In this document: piece after piece, positions 19,406 through 27,990 of the stretch
Position numbering within the stretch: position 1 is the first letter of the stretch
Layout of the letters: the number at the start of each line of letters is the position of its first letter
Origin: an uncultured Chloroflexia bacterium
GTDB lineage: Bacteria; Chloroflexota; Limnocylindria; Limnocylindrales; CSP1-4
Assembly: GCA_963768655.1 (NCBI GenBank)
Contig: CAVYIM010000004.1
Span: forward strand, 736,001-800,000
Direction: 5' to 3'
DNA length: 64,000 nucleotides
Notes under the pieces: model-generated
What the model saw: the letters and a program-made list of their open reading frames with translations, nothing else
What the model was told of the DNA's origin: nothing
The model's database searches: none
Made by a program: the position numbers and the translations under genes

Positions 19406-20603
19406 GCGACGCCCTCCGCCGCCTGGGCAGTGCCGGCGCCAATCGATGGCGTCGGTTTCGCCGCTCTGCGATCCAGCCAGCGCCTCAACGCGTTCACCAC
19501 GAGGAAGACGAGGATGATCGCCTGAAGCGCGTCCACGAGCTCGGCCGGAACTCCGGCCTGAATCTGCATGGTCTGGGAGCCGGCCCGCATCGCTCCCAAC
19601 AGAAGGCCGGCAAAGAGGACGCCCACGGGGTTGGACCGTCCCAGCAACGCCACGGTGATGGCGTCGAATCCGACCGTCGTGTCGTAGCCTGGCTCGATCT
19701 GATGGACGACGCCCAGGAGAGTCGTCGCGCCGGCCAGGCCGCACATCAGGCCGGCGATCGACATGGTCAGCACGATCAGCCGGTTGGTCTTCATCCCGCC
19801 ATAGCGGGCCGCGTCGGGGTTTGCGCCGGCAGACTCGGATCTCGAACCCGAGCGTCGTCCGATAGAGCAGGAACCACATGACCGGCACCGCCAACAGCGC
19901 GATCAGGATCCCGACATGGCCGCCCCGGCCGAAGTTGATGAGCCCGTCCGGGCCAAGGAGGATCGGCAGGGCCGCGTTCCGATTGCTCACGTCGGCGGTG
20001 ATTGGCTGGTGAGCGTTGGGCAGGACCAGCGGCCCGCTGATGGCCCAGTAGGTCACGAACACGAAGACGTAGTTGAGCATGATCGTGGTCACGACCTCGT
20101 GGGCCCCTGACGTGGCCTTGAGGAAGCCCGGGATGAACCCTGCCGCGGCTCCGAACAGCGCCCCGACGACGAGGGCTAGCGGCACCGTGATGTACGAGCT
20201 CTGGGTCGATCCCACCGTCGTGGCCACGGCCATAGCCCCGACAGTGCCGAACAGGAACTGGCCGCGCCCGCCGATGTTGAACAGTCCGGCCTTGAAGCCC
20301 AGGCCCACGCCCAGACCAGCGAGTATCAGCGGCGTGGCGTAGACGAGCGTCGACGTGAGGCCGTTTGGGCTTGCCACTCCTGCCAGCAGGGCGCTGTAAG
20401 CGGCCACGGGCAAGCCGATGTCGAAGCTCGAATGGCCAGCCGGCGAGACCGCTGAACGCGGTGATGCCGACGGCCCCCACGAGGAGTGCAAGGACGATGG
20501 CGACGAGAGGCTCGGCGATCGGCTGGACCGACGCAGCCACGACGCGGAAGACGACCTTCCGAGCGCGAGCCGGCGGCGGATCGATGGGATCGGAAGGTCT
20601 CAC
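19402..20603 (-). pseudogene. nucleoside ABC permease (YufP/NupP-like) with two +1 frameshifts (probably sequence errors)
   Basis: Three ORF pieces join into one permease (GLFNIGGRGQ, HEVVTTIMLNY, GANPDAARYGG, GFDAITVALLG); shifts near 20430 and 19832. Confidence 0.8.
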
Positions 20604-22168
20604 GCCAATGCCTCCTTCTGAGTCGCAACCCCATCGCTGCCCCCCGTGGCCATCAACAGGCCAACTTCGCTCTTGTCCGCGGTGCGTCCATCCAGCTCGG
20701 CCACCACTCGGCCGCGGTACATCACGACAATTCGGTCGGACATCTCCATGACCTCGTCGAGTTCGGCCGAGACCAGGAGCACGGCGGTACCCGCGTCGCG
20801 CTTGGCGATGATCTGGCGGTGAATGAACTCGATGCTGCCGACGTCCAGACCGCGTGTGGGCTGGTCAAGAATGAGCATCTTCAGCTCCCGGTCGAACTCC
20901 CGGGCTACGACCACCTTCTGCTGGTTCCCGCCCGAGAGAGTCGATGACCGCGCACTGGCCGACGGCGTACGAATGTCAAAGCGCTCGACCTGGGCGGCTG
21001 CGGACTCGAAGATGGCCGAATCGTTGCGCAGCGGGCCACGAGCGAAGGGCCGACGGTAGTAGCTGGTCAGAACCAGGTTGTCGTAGACCGGGAACGACAG
21101 GATCAAGCCGAAACGATGTCGGTCGCCCGGGACGTAGCCGACACCGGCTTCGTTCATCCGTCGCGGCGACAGACCCGTGACGTCACGACCCATCAACGTG
21201 ACCTTTCCACCCAGCGACCGTCGCAGGCCGATCAGGGCCTGGACCAGCTCGTCCTGGCCGTTGCCCGCGACGCCGGCCACGCCCAGGATCTCGCCGGCCC
21301 TTATTTCGAAGCTGACATCGGGGACGACTTCGTGATGGCGATCGTCCGCGACACGCAGTCCCTCGACCGTCAGGACAGGCTCGCCGGGATGCGACTCGCC
21401 TCGGTCTACGGTCAGCTCGACTTCGCGGCCGACCATCAACGCGGCGAGCTCCTCCTCCGTGGTTTCGCCGGGTCTCCTCTCGGCGATCACGCGGCCCCGA
21501 CGGATGACGGTGATTCTGTCGGCCACCTCCAGGACTTCGTAGAGCTTGTGGCTGATGAACACGATCGAACGCCCGTCGGCGGCCAGGCGTCGAAGCAGGG
21601 CGAAGATCTCTCCTGTCTCACCGGGCGTCAGAACCGCTGTCGGCTCGTCGAGGACCAGGATCCGGGCGTCTCGATAGAGCGCCTTGAGGATCTCGACTCG
21701 CTGTTGCAGTCCGACCGACAACGAGCCCACCTTCACGTCCGGGTCCAGGTTGAAGCCGAAGCGCGCGGCCAGGGCCGCGATCCGTTTGCTCGCCTCCCGT
21801 CGATCCACGAACACGGGGTTGGACATCGTCTCGCAGCCAAGGATCACGTTCTCGGCGACCGTCAGAACTGGCACCAGCATGAAGTGCTGATGGACCATGC
21901 TGATCCCCCGGGCGATCGCATCGGAGGGCCCGGCTATCTGCACCGTCTGGCCATCGATCAGGATCCGGCCCTCGTCCGGGCGAGCCAGCCCGTACAGCAC
22001 GTTCATGAGGGTCGTCTTGCCCGCGCCGTTCTCGCCCAGGAGGGCGTGGATCTCGCCTCGCCGAACGTCGAGGTCGATATGGTCGTTGGCCACGACGCCG
22101 GGGTAACGCTTGGTTATGCCCCGCATCTCCAGGGCTGGGGCGTTGCCGCCTTGGGCGACCTCGGACAT
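20600..22168 (-). CDS. nucleoside/sugar ABC transporter double-domain ATPase
   Basis: GENGAGKTT, MVHQHFML, LDEPTAVLTP, GVAGNGQ, LSGGNQQK, QPTRGLDV. Confidence 0.93.
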   Translation of the reverse strand: MSEVAQGGNAPALEMRGITKRYPGVVANDHIDLDVRRGEIHALLGENGAGKTTLMNVLYGLARPDEGRILIDGQTVQIAGPSDAIARGISMVHQHFMLVPVLTVAENVILGCETMSNPVFVDRREASKRIAALAARFGFNLDPDVKVGSLSVGLQQRVEILKALYRDARILVLDEPTAVLTPGETGEIFALLRRLAADGRSIVFISHKLYEVLEVADRITVIRRGRVIAERRPGETTEEELAALMVGREVELTVDRGESHPGEPVLTVEGLRVADDRHHEVVPDVSFEIRAGEILGVAGVAGNGQDELVQALIGLRRSLGGKVTLMGRDVTGLSPRRMNEAGVGYVPGDRHRFGLILSFPVYDNLVLTSYYRRPFARGPLRNDSAIFESAAAQVERFDIRTPSASARSSTLSGGNQQKVVVAREFDRELKMLILDQPTRGLDVGSIEFIHRQIIAKRDAGTAVLLVSAELDEVMEMSDRIVVMYRGRVVAELDGRTADKSEVGLLMATGGSDGVATQKEALA

Positions 22169-22205
22169 GGCTTCCTCGATAGGCCGCAGACCGGCCGGAT
22201 GCAAT

Positions 22206-22238
22206 GAGCGGGCCGCGCCGTCAGGGCACGACCCGCTC
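22206..22238. terminator. hairpin between the BMP lipoprotein gene and the ATPase gene
   Basis: GAGCGGG...CCCGCTC inverted repeat. Confidence 0.4.
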
Positions 22239-22267
22239 GAGGGTGTACTGGTGCTACCTGGACTCGA

Positions 22268-23488
22268 CTACTGACCGGACCAGGTGCCGCACTTGGCGGG
22301 GCACGTCGTAAGCGTGCCCGCCTTCATGCCGGCCAGCGCGGCGTCGAGCTTGCCCTGGAGGTCGGACGGGAACGTCACCGACGTATTCTCGTTGAGGGGC
22401 GCGTAGCCGACGCCGTTGTTGGCGGCGTTGAACTTCGCGATGCCGTCTTTGACGATCGTCCCGTTGGTGATCGTCCCATTGGCGATCGCGGTGACCGTCT
22501 GGTTCACGGCGGCAGAGACATTCTTCTCGGCCGACGTGACGATGCACTTGTCGGCGCTCGGGTAGGTCTGGAACTCGTCCACATCCACGCCGATGCCGTA
22601 GATGCCGGCAGCGCAGGCCGCGTCGAGGGCCCCGTTACCGGTGCTGCCCGCGACCTGGAAGAGAACGTCGACACCCTGCTGCTTGATGAACTGCGTGCTG
22701 TAGGTCTTGCCCCAGACGGGGTCGCCGTAGGCCTTGGTCAGGTCGCCGGTCGAGAACCAGCCGGTCTTGACCTTGATGCTGGGGTTGTAGGAGGCGGCGC
22801 CAAGCTCGTAGCCCTGCATGTAGCGGACGACGGCCGGGTTGTTGTCGATGCCGCCGATCTGGCCGACGACGCCGGTCTTGCTCACGGCTGCGGCGACGAT
22901 GCCCGCGAGGTAGCCCGCCTGGTCCTCTTCGAACTGGATCCCGATCAGCTTGGGCAGCAGCGTGGCCGCGTCGCCCTTGCAGGCAAACGTGTCGTCGGGT
23001 GCGCCGGTCGCGTCCACGCACGGGGCCACGTCGACCGCGATGAACCAGATGTTGGGGTTGGCCTTGGCGGCGGTGACAGTGGCATCGCCCAGGTTGAAGC
23101 CCACCGTCACGATGATGTTGTAGTTCTGGTCCACGAACCCCTGGATGTCCTTGGTGTAGTCCGAGGCATCGGCCGGGACCGCGACATTGACGGTGGCGCC
23201 CAGAGCCGTGGCGGCTGCCTTGGCGCCTTCATACGAGTACTGGTTGAAGGTGTGGTCGGTGACCGAGCCGACATCTGTGACCACGCCGATCTTGAGATTC
23301 GAACTCGGCGCGGCGGTCGGCGCGGTCGTCGGGGCAGCGGTCGGCGCGGTCGTCGGGGCGGCGGTCGGCGCCATCGACGGGGCGGCGGTCGGCGCGGCAG
23401 TCGGCGCCGGGGTTGCAGTAGAGCTGCAGGCCGCCACCAATGCGGCTGTGGCAAGCAGCGCGAACGCTGTCCTGAGCTTTCCGGTCAT
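22268..23488 (-). CDS. BMP-family (nucleoside-binding) ABC substrate-binding lipoprotein
   Basis: Lipobox VAAC, PTAAP repeats, DHTFNQ, EDQAGYLAG, AGSTGNG, IGVDVD, TSAEK. Confidence 0.92.
   Translation of the reverse strand: MTGKLRTAFALLATAALVAACSSTATPAPTAAPTAAPSMAPTAAPTTAPTAAPTTAPTAAPSSNLKIGVVTDVGSVTDHTFNQYSYEGAKAAATALGATVNVAVPADASDYTKDIQGFVDQNYNIIVTVGFNLGDATVTAAKANPNIWFIAVDVAPCVDATGAPDDTFACKGDAATLLPKLIGIQFEEDQAGYLAGIVAAAVSKTGVVGQIGGIDNNPAVVRYMQGYELGAASYNPSIKVKTGWFSTGDLTKAYGDPVWGKTYSTQFIKQQGVDVLFQVAGSTGNGALDAACAAGIYGIGVDVDEFQTYPSADKCIVTSAEKNVSAAVNQTVTAIANGTITNGTIVKDGIAKFNAANNGVGYAPLNENTSVTFPSDLQGKLDAALAGMKAGTLTTCPAKCGTWSGQ
23308..23412 (-). repeat. coding tandem repeat (PTAA/PTTA linker)
   Basis: Repeated 12-bp units such as GCGGTCGGCGCG encoding TPAPTAAPTAAPSMAPTAAPTTAP. 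Confidence 0.7.
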
Positions 23489-23644
23489 CTGACCCTCCCT
23501 GTGGTCGGAACGACTGAGGTTCTTGGGCGAACCTCCTCTATGCAGATTGTATAGCGGCCCGGCCGCGGTCCGCCGTCAGGACTGCCGGAGGCCGGCGATC
23601 GGTTGCTTGATGCCGAACGGCCCCGGGTATGCCATGCTCGATGC

Positions 23645-25762
23645 ATGGATGCTGTCGTGGTCCTGTTCATCGGCGTCCTTGCCTCCCTGCTGGGCTGGGC
23701 TCTCGCGGTGGCGGTATCGCGTGGGCGCACGCTGGAGCGCCTGCGCGACGCAACGGGCGCGATGGACACCGATGATGTCGAGCGGCGGGTCCGGGACGCC
23801 CTTGAACGGGCCGATGATGCCCGCTGGGAGGCCGGGCAGACGCTCCATGACACCGACTACCTGACGGAGCTCCTCACAGCCGGCGTCGTACGACTTCGGG
23901 ACGACCTCACCGTCCAGTTCGCCAACGGGGCCGCCCACGTGATGCTGGAACGGCGCCCGGGCACGATGGCCGGCCGATCGGCATTGGAGGCCTTCGTCGA
24001 CGCTCGAATCGAGGGCATAGCCCGAGCGGCTATGGAACTCGGATCGGCCAACGGCGAACTCACGATCCGTTCCAGCGGCGGCCCTACGGTCGCCGTCCGC
24101 GCCCGCCGCTCGCCGGTGTCGGGAGTGTGGCTGGTCCTGGAGGATGTCTCCGAGTTGCGGCGCCTCCAGAGGATCCGAGCGGAGTTCATCGACAACCTCT
24201 CGCACGAGCTGCGAACGCCGCTGACGACGATCAGCCTGCTGGCGGAAACGGCCGCCCGGGAGGCCGAGACGGCTACACCCCGACTGCGCGACCGCATCGC
24301 CAAGATCGAGGTCGAGACCGGGCACCTGACGCAGATGGTCAACGAGCTGCTCGACCTGACGCGCATCGAGAGCGGCACGGCCCAGCTGCTGCTGGACGAC
24401 GTGGACATGATCCGGCTGGTCCGGTCCACGGCTGAACGGCTGCGGCTCTTCGCCGAGCGGCAGGGCCTGCAGATCGCGCTGGAATTGCCGGACCGCGTTT
24501 CGCCGGTTCGCGGCGACGAGGATCGGCTGGGCCAGGTCCTGGTAAATCTGCTCCACAACGCCGTCAAGTTCAGCCCCAACGGCGGCACGATCGTCGTCGG
24601 CATGTCCGAGACCGCAGACGAAGTCACGGTCTGGGTCCGCGATCCCGGCATCGGCGTTCCGCGGGCCGATCTGACCCGCATATTCGAACGGTTCTACAAG
24701 GTCGACCGGGCGCGCGCCCGGGGCCGCGGAGGCACAGGCCTGGGTCTGTCCATCGCCCGGCACGTCGTCAACGCGCATGGTGGCCGCATCTGGGTGGAGT
24801 CGGAGGAGGGCCAGGGCTCGAAGTTCTCGTTCACAATTCCGGCCGCGCCCGGTGTTCCGACAGCGCCCGGTGAGACTTCCCCTGGCAGGGAGTTGCTCCA
24901 ACAGGCAACGGCATCGCCCAGGGCTGAGCCACCGCCTCCCGGCCATCGGCGGCGTGTCCGGTCTGCCCGCCTACGGGTTGAGATCTTCGACCGCACCGGT
25001 CGAGAGGAACACGACCTCCTCGGCGATGTTCGTGACTCGGTCGCCGATCCGCTCGAAGTGTTTGGCCGCGAACAGCAGGTGAGCGCCGGACTCGACCCAG
25101 CCGGGCTCGCCCCGCATCCGTTCGAGCGTGCGATCGAAGTAGGCGTGGTACAGCCGGTCGATGTCGTCATCCTGGGACGCGACCTTGCGGGCGGCCTCCG
25201 CGTCGAGGTCCACCAGTGCCAGCAGCACGCCATGCAGGATCGCGCTGGCCAGTTCGCCCATCCGGTCCAGGCCCGCAGCGCCACTGGCCCGCCTGCCATC
25301 GATTTCGCTCGCGACCAGTTTGGCGACCTGACGGGCCACGCCCGCCGCGTGGTCCCCGATGCGCTCCAGCTCGTACGTGACGTGGTACAGCGAGACCAGA
25401 AACTGCAGGTCACCGGCTACGGGGGACTGAGTGGCGATCGTCGTGATGATCAGCGACGTCAGCTCCGTCTGGGCGAGATTGATCGCGGCGTCGTTGGCCA
25501 CGACTGCGGCGGCCGCCTGCAGGTCTCTGCGCGACAGGGCGCCGATGGCCCCGTCGATGGCCGTGGCCACGAGCTCGCCCATGCGCACCACGCCGCCGCG
25601 AACCTGTTGCAGCTCGCTGTCGAAGACGTCCCGGTGACCATGAGCGACGAAGCGATCGCTGTCCTGCACACCCGACCCCAAGACCCTGGGCGAGGCGTCG
25701 GCCGGCGGGATTGCGGGTGCAATGAGATGCCGCACGGGGACGCTTACTGGCCGAAAGCATAG
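23645..25762 (+). CDS. phoR: PhoR-like sensor histidine kinase; homology ends near 24850 but the frame stays open to 25762
   Basis: One TM helix, PAS, EFIDNLSHELRTPL, NLLHNAVKF, DPGIG, FERFYKVDRAR, GGTGLGLSI, FSFTIP. Confidence 0.8.
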   Translation: MDAVVVLFIGVLASLLGWALAVAVSRGRTLERLRDATGAMDTDDVERRVRDALERADDARWEAGQTLHDTDYLTELLTAGVVRLRDDLTVQFANGAAHVMLERRPGTMAGRSALEAFVDARIEGIARAAMELGSANGELTIRSSGGPTVAVRARRSPVSGVWLVLEDVSELRRLQRIRAEFIDNLSHELRTPLTTISLLAETAAREAETATPRLRDRIAKIEVETGHLTQMVNELLDLTRIESGTAQLLLDDVDMIRLVRSTAERLRLFAERQGLQIALELPDRVSPVRGDEDRLGQVLVNLLHNAVKFSPNGGTIVVGMSETADEVTVWVRDPGIGVPRADLTRIFERFYKVDRARARGRGGTGLGLSIARHVVNAHGGRIWVESEEGQGSKFSFTIPAAPGVPTAPGETSPGRELLQQATASPRAEPPPPGHRRRVRSARLRVEIFDRTGREEHDLLGDVRDSVADPLEVFGREQQVSAGLDPAGLAPHPFERAIEVGVVQPVDVVILGRDLAGGLRVEVHQCQQHAMQDRAGQFAHPVQARSATGPPAIDFARDQFGDLTGHARRVVPDALQLVRDVVQRDQKLQVTGYGGLSGDRRDDQRRQLRLGEIDRGVVGHDCGGRLQVSARQGADGPVDGRGHELAHAHHAAANLLQLAVEDVPVTMSDEAIAVLHTRPQDPGRGVGRRDCGCNEMPHGDAYWPKA
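24971..25735 (-). CDS. phoU: second PhoU paralog
   Basis: IATQSPVAGDL, LERIGDHA, DDDIDR, FERIGDRVTNIAE, ends EDLNP like the first phoU; start uncertain. Confidence 0.88.
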   Translation of the reverse strand: MRHLIAPAIPPADASPRVLGSGVQDSDRFVAHGHRDVFDSELQQVRGGVVRMGELVATAIDGAIGALSRRDLQAAAAVVANDAAINLAQTELTSLIITTIATQSPVAGDLQFLVSLYHVTYELERIGDHAAGVARQVAKLVASEIDGRRASGAAGLDRMGELASAILHGVLLALVDLDAEAARKVASQDDDIDRLYHAYFDRTLERMRGEPGWVESGAHLLFAAKHFERIGDRVTNIAEEVVFLSTGAVEDLNP

Positions 25763-25817
25763 CGTTGTCGATGCGGTCGAAGGACTTCGTCCGGCGCGCA
25801 TGCTCGTGGCTGGAGAG

Positions 25818-26018
25818 TTACGCGTCAGGTGCGCCCAGGAGCTCCAGGATGGCGCAATACGAGAGGTTCGTCCGGCGCGAGATCAGCGTGGCGACACGGC
25901 GCGGGTTGCGCCGGACCCGGCCGGGACGGGGATACTCGAGGCGAGGCCACAGCGCCAGGGCCCGGGCGTAGTAGTCGGGGGCGGGCGGTGGGGGCGTTCC
26001 GTCTACGGAGCTATTCAT
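25818..26018 (-). CDS. small basic hypothetical protein (66 aa)
   Basis: GAGG RBS; start overlaps the upstream ORF end; ALWPRL...RVATLISRRT...ILELL. Confidence 0.55.
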   Translation of the reverse strand: MNSSVDGTPPPPAPDYYARALALWPRLEYPRPGRVRRNPRRVATLISRRTNLSYCAILELLGAPDA

Positions 26019-26286
26019 CCATCCTCACTACCTCCAGCTCGTCGTCCGTATCCCCGGCCGATCTGTCAGACTCGAGCTCCAGCCAGCGCATGGCGTAGGC
26101 AAGGTCGAGAACCTCCGCGGCAGAGCCGGCAGCAAGGACCGGCGTCGCGAGCCGGCACAGCGACTCACGTCGATACGACTCCAGTAGAGCCACGCGGCTT
26201 CTGATTGGCTCGAGCTGAGCCCGAACGAGAGCGACACGGTCGGCCAGCGCCGGTGTGGCCACCGACTCCATTTCGACTGGCGGCAT
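26011..26286 (-). CDS. small hypothetical protein (91 aa)
   Basis: AAGGAGG RBS; helical composition; downstream of a PHO-like box. Confidence 0.6.
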   Translation of the reverse strand: MPPVEMESVATPALADRVALVRAQLEPIRSRVALLESYRRESLCRLATPVLAAGSAAEVLDLAYAMRWLELESDRSAGDTDDELEVVRMDE

Positions 26287-26368
26287 CGTCGATAGGCCTC
26301 CTTCTCCACCGGGCGCGGCTGGCGACGCGTGTCCGATCGGTGGACGAGGCCGAGCGTGGCCGGGGTTG

Positions 26369-26396
26369 TTGATCGGCCCGTGAACCGTGCGTTAAC
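26369..26396 (-). promoter_or_regulatory. PHO-box-like array upstream of the small-ORF/phoU2 unit
   Basis: Minus strand GTTAAC-N5-GTTCAC-N5-GATCAA. Confidence 0.65.
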
Positions 26397-26509
26397 GCGA
26401 CGTCATATCGCGCCCGACTTGGAGGCGGCGAGCAGGACGGCCCCAGCCTGCCTGGCGCTCACCCGGCGGGCAGGCAGGCCGCTCAGTATTGGATGTCGGC
26501 CGGCCAGAG

Positions 26510-27172
26510 CTAGCGGGCGGTGCGGCTGACCAGCTTGTAGAGCGCGGCGCCGCAGCTCGGGCAGGTTCCGGACAGCGCCGCCCCTCCGTTGGCGGTGACG
26601 ACAGGCTTTGGTTCCACCATCTGGACGCGCTTCTTCTCGCGCAGGCAGTAGGCTTCGATGGGCTGCTCGACAGAGGATGCCGGCGCGGCCTCGGCCCTCG
26701 GAGCGCGGCTCCTGGCGGTGGCCTTCGCCTTGGCCTCGGTGGTAGGCGCTGCCACCTTCGGGTCGGCCGCAGCCTTCGCGGCAGCCCGGCCAGCGGCCGC
26801 CTTGCCGTTCGAACGAGGCTCCGGCGCCGGCTTGGTGGCCGGGTTCGTCCCCGGCTTGGGCGCTTTCGCCGCTTTGCCCGGAACGGGCGAAGACGATGTC
26901 TTGACCGCGTCGAGGGTGGCCTCGAGGCGCTGCCGGCGCCAGCGCGCTTTCTCCAGTCTCCGAACTCGCTTCGCTTCTGCTCGGGCTGCGTCGGCCAGCT
27001 GCCGCTCGAGCCGCCGAAGCTGCTTGCGGGCCTTGCCGTCTGCTCTGGGCTTCGCCTCGGGAACCGACCCGGCCGCGGGAGTCTCGGCGGGCCCGGAGGT
27101 CCCGGTCTCGGACTTCACGCCGGCAGCGTCCGGCTTGGCCTGCTTCGACTTGCGAACGCGACGCTTGGCCAT
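26510..27172 (-). CDS. Lys/Ala/Arg-rich protein with C-terminal DUF5679-like zinc ribbon
   Basis: C-terminal EAYCLREKK...GTCPSCGAALYK; basic low-complexity N-terminus with a coiled coil; GGGGAG RBS. Confidence 0.75.
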   Translation of the reverse strand: MAKRRVRKSKQAKPDAAGVKSETGTSGPAETPAAGSVPEAKPRADGKARKQLRRLERQLADAARAEAKRVRRLEKARWRRQRLEATLDAVKTSSSPVPGKAAKAPKPGTNPATKPAPEPRSNGKAAAGRAAAKAAADPKVAAPTTEAKAKATARSRAPRAEAAPASSVEQPIEAYCLREKKRVQMVEPKPVVTANGGAALSGTCPSCGAALYKLVSRTAR

Positions 27173-27420
27173 CGAGAGCATCTCCCCGTTATCGTCACGA
27201 CGGCGGCGCGCACTCGACTCCGGTGCGCCTGCGACGTCCGGGCGCAATAGTGCCACCACGTCGGGCTGCCGTACATACGTGCGCTTCGAGTCCGTGGTTC
27301 CAGGGGGAGCGGGCCGGCCGCCTCCCGCGCTCCGGCGGCCCGTCGCTCAGGCCTTCCGCGCCGCCGTCGCTCCGGCGCTCCTCGCCGGAGCGGCCGCCGG
27401 CCGCGCCCTCAGCCGCGCCC

Positions 27421-27921
27421 TCAGCCCCGCGCAGTCAGAAGATCGGGCGGGAGGAGCCAGCGGAGCACTCCGCCTCCAGGCTCGAGTGGACGCGTCAGAT
27501 CGATACGAACCAGGGCGCCCTTTCGAACTGGCAGTTCGGCGACTCCGATCAGCAGGGCCGCCAGCTCGCCGAAATCCGGGTCGTGGCCGACCAGCATCGG
27601 CCGCGCCGGATCCCCGGCCCCGGCCAGCAGAGCCTCCAGCGAGGCCATGTCCAGCCCGCCTGCCAGCACATCGTCCACCCTGACCGGCAGGCCGAGTGGC
27701 GCCGCCACGAGCCTGGCCGTCTCGAGAGCCCGCGTCTTGGGGGAGCTGACGATGGCGTCGGGCGCGAAGCCGGCGGCGGCGAGAAAGAGGCCCAGGCGCT
27801 CGGCCTGGAGGCGGCCCCTCTCGGAGAGCGGCCGGACGTCATCGGGCCCGGACCACTTGAGCGGGTCGCCGGCGTGGGCGTGGCGCAGGAGATGCAGCTG
27901 GATCTCGGAGCGGGCGTTCAC
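27421..27921 (-). CDS. sixA: SixA-like phosphohistidine phosphatase
   Basis: LLRHAHA, D..RPLSERG, SSP..RA.ETA, LVGHDP, KG. Confidence 0.85.
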   Translation of the reverse strand: MNARSEIQLHLLRHAHAGDPLKWSGPDDVRPLSERGRLQAERLGLFLAAAGFAPDAIVSSPKTRALETARLVAAPLGLPVRVDDVLAGGLDMASLEALLAGAGDPARPMLVGHDPDFGELAALLIGVAELPVRKGALVRIDLTRPLEPGGGVLRWLLPPDLLTARG

Positions 27922-27990
27922 CGCCGGATCATCGCACCGGAGCCGGGTCGCCGCGAATCGGCGACGCCCCCTGCCGCCGAGGGGCTCCTG

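Noticed and set aside
18326-20491. 721-aa fused double permease in the ORF track
   Set aside because: Artefact of frameshifts in the upstream permease; the second permease has its own start at 19405 overlapping the upstream stop
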